From contig JBBQSO010000133.1 of the NCBI GenBank assembly GCA_038213805.1, positions 1 to 10,105 on the forward strand: 10,105 nucleotides of DNA, written 5' to 3'. The notes beneath the pieces were generated by a model. The model searched no databases. It was not told where the DNA came from and saw only the letters and a program-made list of their open reading frames with translations. Positions 5,257 through 10,105 of the stretch are shown here, piece by piece (within the stretch, counting starts at the first letter, position 1; every line of letters begins with the position of its first letter). The DNA comes from Planctomycetota bacterium (GTDB lineage Bacteria > Planctomycetota > UBA11346). Both the position numbers and the translations under genes were made by a program.

Positions 5257-6669
5257 ATGAGTCTCGCCACCTTCGATCTCCTGGTCATCGGCGCGGGCCC
5301 CGCCGGCAGCAGCGCGGCGCTGACCGCCGCGGCCTTCGGCAAGCGCGTCGCGCTGGTTGAGCTTGAGCAGCACGTGGGTGGCGCCGGCATCAACACCGGC
5401 ACCATCCCGAGCAAGACCCTGCGCGAGAACGCCCTGGTGGTCGCGGGCGCGCGCGCCCGCGCCCTGGCCTGCATCGACATGCGCGTGAAGCCCCAGCTGA
5501 CCCTCGCCGCCGTCACCGGCCAGGTCGCGGCCGTCGAGCAGGGCATTCGCCACGAATGGGACGCGCGCCTGCGCCAGCGCGGCGTCGCGGTACACCACGG
5601 CCGCGCGCGCTTCACCGACGCGCACACCGTCGAGGTCACCACCGCGGCCGGCCCCGTGACGCTCGTCGGCAACGTCATCGTCGTCGCCACCGGTTCGTCG
5701 CCGGTGCGGCCCGAGGGCTTCGACTTCGCCCACCGCCGCGTCCACGATTCCAACGAGATCCTCGAGATCACCGAGCTGCCGGTCAGCCTGGCGGTGGTCG
5801 GCGCGGGCGTGATCGGCGCGGAGTACGCCGGCACTTTCGCCGCGCTGGGTGTCGAGGTCCACCTCATCGACGGCCGCGACACCCTGCTGCCGTTCCTTGA
5901 CGCCGAGATCTCGAAAGCGATCTACAAGGGCATGGTCCAGGCGGGCGTGAAGTTCCATTGGCAGGAGCGCGTGGTCTCGTGCACCTCGCCCGCGGAAGGC
6001 CTGGTCACCGTCGAGCTGTCCTCGGGCCTGCGCCTCGCCGTCAGCGACGTGCTGGTCGCGGCCGGGCGCAGCAGCAACACCGAAGGCCTGGGCCTGGACA
6101 AGGCCGGCGTCGCGCTCGGCAAGCGCGGCCTGGTGCCGGTGAACGAATTCTTCCAGACGGTCGTACCGCACATCTACGCAGCCGGCGACGTGGTCGGCCC
6201 GCCCGCGCTGGCCGCCACCGGCATGGAGCAGGCGCGCGTGGCGGTCTGCCACGCCTTCGACCTGATCAAGAAGGACATCGCACCGCAGCTGCCGACCGGC
6301 ATCTACACCATCCCCGAGGCCGGCACCTTCGGCGCGAGCGAAGAGGAGCTGATCAAGGCCGGTACGCCCTACGTGGTCGGCCGCGCCGCCTACCGCCACA
6401 ATGCGCGCGGCCGCATCATCGGTGACCGCCAGGGCCTGCTGAAGCTGATCTTCCACCGCGACGATCGCCGCCTGCTGGGCGTGCACGTGGTCGGCGAACA
6501 GGCCACCGAACTGGTCCACATCGGCATGATGGCGATGCTGAGCGGTGCGACCGAAGAGATCTTCTCGCGCGCGTGCTTCAACTACCCGACCCTGGGCGAC
6601 CTCTACAAGTACGCGACCTACGACGCCGAAATGTCGCGCCGCGTGGCCAAGCCTGCCACACCCGCATAG
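5257..6669 (+). CDS. sthA: Soluble (Si-specific) NAD(P)+ transhydrogenase, flavoprotein disulfide reductase family (470 aa)
   Basis: RBS GGAG 5248-5251 and ATG 5257. FAD site FDLLVIGAGPAG, then GTIPSKTLRE, ATGS, NAD site VVGAGVIGAEYA, IYAAGDVVG.PALA.T.MEQAR, PTGIYTIPE, ARGRIIGD..GLLKLIF and C-terminal FNYPTL. Tyr in place of the HPT His of lipoamide dehydrogenase is diagnostic for SthA. Confidence 0.88.
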   Translation: MSLATFDLLVIGAGPAGSSAALTAAAFGKRVALVELEQHVGGAGINTGTIPSKTLRENALVVAGARARALACIDMRVKPQLTLAAVTGQVAAVEQGIRHEWDARLRQRGVAVHHGRARFTDAHTVEVTTAAGPVTLVGNVIVVATGSSPVRPEGFDFAHRRVHDSNEILEITELPVSLAVVGAGVIGAEYAGTFAALGVEVHLIDGRDTLLPFLDAEISKAIYKGMVQAGVKFHWQERVVSCTSPAEGLVTVELSSGLRLAVSDVLVAAGRSSNTEGLGLDKAGVALGKRGLVPVNEFFQTVVPHIYAAGDVVGPPALAATGMEQARVAVCHAFDLIKKDIAPQLPTGIYTIPEAGTFGASEEELIKAGTPYVVGRAAYRHNARGRIIGDRQGLLKLIFHRDDRRLLGVHVVGEQATELVHIGMMAMLSGATEEIFSRACFNYPTLGDLYKYATYDAEMSRRVAKPATPA

Positions 6670-6670
6670 C

Positions 6671-6832
6671 GCTGGTGCTGAACCGGGGGTAGATCAGCGT
6701 CCAGCCTGCTGGCACCACGGCGACCTCGCGGGTGGCGGGGACGTCGCCCAGGTGCGTCGCATCGGCTGGCGACAGCAGGACTTCGGCCTTCCGCGATGAT
6801 GCCGACGCGCAGCAGGCGGGCAGCAGGCAGAT
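6671..6832 (-). pseudogene. Probable remnant of a gene divergent from the DUF1592 operon
   Basis: 54 minus-strand codons (ICLLPACCASASSRKAEVLLSPADATHLGDVPATREVAVVPAGWTLIYPRFSTS), 47 of them ending in G/C by my count, in a stretch not overlapped by a + strand gene. There is no convincing start, and the frame runs into the end of sthA. Confidence 0.4.
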
Positions 6833-6913
6833 GGGTGCGCCGTGCGAGCGTATATCCAAAAAGAGATTGGCCCTGAATATTAGACATATCTTGTTCAACA
6901 CCAGAGTTTTACG

Positions 6914-6942
6914 GTGACATGATCGCAAAGTGCGGTCATTCT
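6914..6942 (+). promoter_or_regulatory. Candidate sigma70-type promoter with overlapping palindromic operator, upstream of the DUF1592-DUF1552 operon
   Basis: GTGACA (6914-6919), 17-nt spacer, CATTCT (6937-6942), inside an AT-rich patch (about 6851-6950). Palindrome ATGATCGCA-AAG-TGCGGTCAT (6919-6939, 8/9 match) fills the spacer. Confidence 0.4.
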
Positions 6943-7021
6943 CCTAGTGACCCCGATGTCCCCTCCGCCCAAACTCCTGCACCGTCTGACCCTACCGGTG
7001 ACCATGGCACGCACCGACGCC

Positions 7022-8947
7022 ATGGTGTTCCGAATCAAGCGGCGCGCGGCCGCTCTGGGCCTCGCCTGGCTCTGCCTCCACACCCCGCTGGGTGGAGCCG
7101 AAGGCGATGAGGCGACGCGCAAGCTGCTCTCCACCAATTGCCTGCCCTGCCACTCCTCACTCAAGCACAAGGGCGACTTCGATCTCGAGAAGCCGCTCGC
7201 CGCCACCGATCTCGGCGCTGGCGACGAGCACCTGTGGGAAAACATCCGCCGCGTGGTCAGCGAGCAGGAGATGCCGCCGCCGGATAAGAAACAGCAGCCG
7301 AGCCTCGCCGAGCGCGACCGCCTGATCACCTGGATCGATCGCACCCTTGATGGGCCCGGCGGCGACACCCCCAGCGACCCGGGCAGCGTCACCATCCACC
7401 GCCTGACCCACGTCGAGTACAACCGCACCATCCACGACCTGCTCGGCGTCGATGGCGATCCGGCGCAGGCGTTCCCGCCGGACAGCGCCGGCGGTGCGGG
7501 CGCCTTCGACAACCAGGCCGACACGCTGTTCGTGTCACCGCTGTTGATGGAGCGCCTGCTCGGCCTGTCGCTCGGCCTGGTCGCCAAGGCCGAGCCCGCG
7601 CGGCTCGGCGTCGTCGAGGCGGAGAAGAACAAGCAGGGCCAGGTCACGCCGCAGGCGCGGCGCAAGGCGGTCGAGGCTTCGCTGACCGCGTTCCTGCCGC
7701 GCGCCTGGCGCCGACCGGTGACGGCAGGCGAGGTCCAGGCGCTGTACCGCGTCTACGAGCGCGCGGCGCGTGGCAACGTCGCGCCACAGGACGCGCTGCA
7801 ACTTGCCTACGCGGCAGCGCTGACCTCGACGGAGTTCCTGTTCCGCTTCGAAGAGGTGAAATCCGTGCCGGGCGCCTATCCGCTCGGCGCGTACGAACTG
7901 GCCAACCGCCTGTCCTACTTCCTGTGGTCGACGATGCCCGACGAGGCGCTGCTGGCCGCGGCGAAAGACGGCGCGCTGGCAAAACCAGAGGGCATCGCCG
8001 CGCAGGTCGCGCGCATGCTCGCCGATCCGCGTGCACGCATCCTCGCCAGCCAGTTCATGGGCCAATGGCTGGGCACCGCCGATCTCGCCACCGGCCTCGG
8101 TCCCGATGCCAAGCTCTTCGAAGGCTACAGCGATGCCCTGCGCGCCGCGATGATCGCCGAGCCAGCAGAATTCATGCAGGCGCTGCTCGACGGCAACGGC
8201 AGCGTCCTCGACCTGATCGATTGCACGTACGTCTACGCCGACGAGACCCTCGCGCGGCATTACGGACTGACTCCGGGTGCAGGCACCGGCTTCACGCGCA
8301 TCGCCGTCGACGACGGGCGGCGCGGTGGCTTGGTGACCATGGCGGGCGTGCTGGCGGTGACCTCGCGGCCGTCGCGCACCAGCCCGGTGCTGCGCGGCAA
8401 GTGGATCCTGCAGGAGCTGCTCTCGTACCCGCCGCCGCCGCCGCCGCCCAATGTCCCGGCCCTGATCGAGGCGACTGCCGGCGCGCCCAATGTCGGCACC
8501 CTGCGCGAGCGCCTGGAGCGCCACCGTGCGGATCCGGCCTGCGCCAGCTGCCACCAGCGCATCGATCCGCTTGGCTTCGGCTTGGAGAACTTCGACGCGC
8601 TCGGCCGCTGGCGCACGCAGGGCGACCAGGGCGAGGCACTGGACGCCGTCGGCACCCTGCCCAACGGCGACACGTTCAGCGGCCCGCAGCAGCTCAAGAA
8701 GCTGCTCTTGCAGCACCGCGAGCGCATCATGACCACCCTGGTCGAGCGCCTGCTCGCCTACGCGCTGGGCCGCGCGCCCGAGCGCTGCGACCGGCCGAGC
8801 GTGCGCCTGATCCTGAAGCACCTCGCCGCCGACGGCTGGAAGGCGCGCACGCTGGTCACCGAGATCGCCCTCAGCCTGCCTTTCAGGGCCAAGCGCAACC
8901 CGCAGATCAAACCAGCCGCCCCGGGCGCGCCGCTGACCGCCAAATGA
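7022..8947 (+). CDS. DUF1592-family secreted diheme protein (planctomycete cytochrome c + DUF1587/DUF1595/DUF1592/DUF1588/DUF1585)
   Basis: Signal peptide MVFRIKRRAAALGLAWLCLHTPLGG|AEG, CLPCH (7139-7153), EMPP, HRLTHVEYNRTIHDLLG, RAWRRP, YELANRLSYFLWSTMPD, RTSPVLRGKWIL..LL..PPPPP.NVP, LRERLERHR..PACASCH (8540-8554)..IDPLGFGLENFDALGRWR, LLAYALGR. Start uncertain (6947 GTG; 6956, 7004 or 7022 ATG). Confidence 0.92.
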   Translation: MVFRIKRRAAALGLAWLCLHTPLGGAEGDEATRKLLSTNCLPCHSSLKHKGDFDLEKPLAATDLGAGDEHLWENIRRVVSEQEMPPPDKKQQPSLAERDRLITWIDRTLDGPGGDTPSDPGSVTIHRLTHVEYNRTIHDLLGVDGDPAQAFPPDSAGGAGAFDNQADTLFVSPLLMERLLGLSLGLVAKAEPARLGVVEAEKNKQGQVTPQARRKAVEASLTAFLPRAWRRPVTAGEVQALYRVYERAARGNVAPQDALQLAYAAALTSTEFLFRFEEVKSVPGAYPLGAYELANRLSYFLWSTMPDEALLAAAKDGALAKPEGIAAQVARMLADPRARILASQFMGQWLGTADLATGLGPDAKLFEGYSDALRAAMIAEPAEFMQALLDGNGSVLDLIDCTYVYADETLARHYGLTPGAGTGFTRIAVDDGRRGGLVTMAGVLAVTSRPSRTSPVLRGKWILQELLSYPPPPPPPNVPALIEATAGAPNVGTLRERLERHRADPACASCHQRIDPLGFGLENFDALGRWRTQGDQGEALDAVGTLPNGDTFSGPQQLKKLLLQHRERIMTTLVERLLAYALGRAPERCDRPSVRLILKHLAADGWKARTLVTEIALSLPFRAKRNPQIKPAAPGAPLTAK

Positions 8948-8963
8948 ACCGAGGAGCCCGCCG

Positions 8964-9966
8964 ATGAGATCCTGGCCAATTTCCCGCCGCACCATGCTGC
9001 GCGGTCTGGGCGTCGCCATCGCCCTGCCCATGCTCGACATCATGGCGGGCGCCGACGAACCGGCCATCGCCGGACCGAAATTCAAGCCACCGCGCGCACC
9101 GGTGCGCATGCTGCTGATGAACCTGCCCTGCGGCACCTACCGCGCGGAGTGGGGCGCCGTCGACAAGCCGGGCCCGCTCGGCGAACTCAAGCCGCTGCTC
9201 AAGCCGCTGCAGCCCTTCACCGGCGATCTGCTGCTGATCGGCAACCTGATGAACAAGGCCGCGACCGTCGACGGCCTCGCCCACTACACCAACGAGGCCA
9301 ACCTGTGGACCAGCACGGTGGTGAAGAAGACCACCGGTGCCGACCTCGACGTCGGCGGTATTTCGGTCGACCAGGTCGCCGGCACCTGCACCGGCGCGGT
9401 GACGCGCTTCCCATCGCTGCACCTCGGCATGATGGCCCCCTACGGCGGCGTCGACAGCGGCTGGGCGCGGGTCTACGACAGCCAGCTGTCGTGGAGCGCG
9501 CCGACCACGCCGGTGCCGAACGAGATCGATCCGAAGCGCGCCTTCGACCGCCTGTTCCGCAGCGCGGGCGACGCCAAGACGGCCGGCGGCGCGAACGTGG
9601 TTATGCCGATCTCGGAGCAGGACCAGCGCAGCGTCCTCGACTACGTGCTCGATGACGCGACCGGCGTGCGCCGCCGCGCCAGCGTCGCCGACCAGCGCAA
9701 GCTCGACGAATACCTGACCTCGGTGCGCGACGTTGAAAAACAGCTCGACCGCGAGATCAAGGAGGCGGCCAAGCAGCGCCGCGTCGACCCGGCCGCGACG
9801 CGCGCGGTCGGCCAGCTCGGTGGCCAGGTCGTGGCGTTCGACGGCAAGGACCACACCAAGCGCCTGCGCCTGATGCTTGATCTGATCGTGCTTGGCTTCT
9901 GGACCGATTCGACGCGCGTCTCGACCTTCATGTTCGGACACGAGCGCAACGACCTCAATTATTCCT
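8964..9966 (+). pseudogene. DUF1552 (HXXSHH family) Tat-exported protein, interrupted after about 334 codons by an ISL3 element
   Basis: Not in the ORF track because the frame has no stop inside the window. RBS GAGGAG 8951-8956. Translation MRSWPISRRTMLRGLGVAIALPMLDIM...ISVDQVA...TRFPSLHLG...LSW..PTTPVPNEIDPKRAFDRLF...SVLDYV...DQRKLDEYLTSVRDVEKQL...LMLDLIVLGFWTDSTRVSTFMFG...NYS, after which family similarity and GC3 bias stop before the expected HxxSHH motif. Confidence 0.9.
9959..9966. repeat. Predicted 8-bp target-site duplication (TTATTCCT), left copy
   Basis: AT-rich 8-mer directly before the IS end. ISL3 elements typically duplicate 8 bp of AT-rich target. The second copy would lie outside the window. 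Confidence 0.5.
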
Positions 9967-10105
9967 GGCTCCTCGTCGTTCGCGGTGGAAATTTTCCGTT
10001 TGCGCTTGACCATTCTGCATGGACAGCCCGCAACTCTTTCGCGCAGCGCTCGGTCTCGGCAACGACTGGACCATCGACAAGGTCGACTTCATCAAGGCGG
10101 ACAAC
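9967..10105 (+). mobile_element. ISL3-family insertion sequence, left end (continues beyond the right edge of the window)
   Basis: Begins GGCTCCTCGTCGTTCGCGGTGG, resembling ISL3 GGCTC(T/C)TC termini, exactly where DUF1552 similarity ends. An ISL3-like transposase start follows 52 nt later. Confidence 0.85.
10019..10105 (+). CDS. ISL3-family transposase N-terminus, 3'-partial
   Basis: Manual translation MDSPQLFRAALGLGNDWTIDKVDFIKADN matches the ISL3 N-terminal pattern LFxxALGLxxxWxVxxVxF. Confidence 0.82.
   Translation, partial: MDSPQLFRAALGLGNDWTIDKVDFIKADN

Noticed and set aside
8428..8449. (CCG)n microsatellite
   Set aside because: It encodes the poly-proline tract that is a normal feature of DUF1588-containing proteins.
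1832..10013. Long minus-strand and alternative-frame ORFs (e.g. 1832..3466, 5113..6519, 7535..9136, 8907..10013, 7924..8967)
   Set aside because: These are shadows of high-GC3 genes that have clear family motifs on +. The translations are Arg/Ala/Gly-rich and show no recognisable motifs.
1..10105. Composite transposon carrying the whole window
   Set aside because: The flanking elements belong to different families (IS3 and ISL3) with unrelated ends, and each appears to have inserted independently into a gene.

Overview
High-GC bacterial window, very likely Planctomycetota/PVC judging from the gene families. It is bracketed by two insertion sequences that the ORF track misses, and each cuts a gene. 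On the left, the right end of an IS3-family element (transposase C-terminus 2..109, terminal IR ending ...GGATCA at 139) truncates a DUF1259-like gene. On the right, the left end of an ISL3-family element (IR from 9967, transposase starting at 10019) interrupts a Tat-signal DUF1552 gene. Between them, a lower-GC accessory block (about 140-1850) holds the DUF1259 remnant, a secreted Cys-rich YHS/TRASH-like protein, a 46-bp near-perfect palindrome with adjoining hairpins, and a small membrane protein resembling only the membrane parts of PilC/GspF. A higher-GC block follows: a large secreted PVC-type beta-propeller/HEAT/cytochrome c protein, a hairpin- and REP-like spacer, a soluble transhydrogenase (SthA-like) lacking the usual active-site Cys, a decayed divergent gene fragment, a candidate promoter/operator, and a DUF1592-DUF1552 pair. 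All family calls come from motif recognition by eye, not database searches. I cannot show a clearly new system; the best leads are the mini-PilC gene with its structured upstream region and the putative metal-handling DUF1259 + YHS/TRASH pair.
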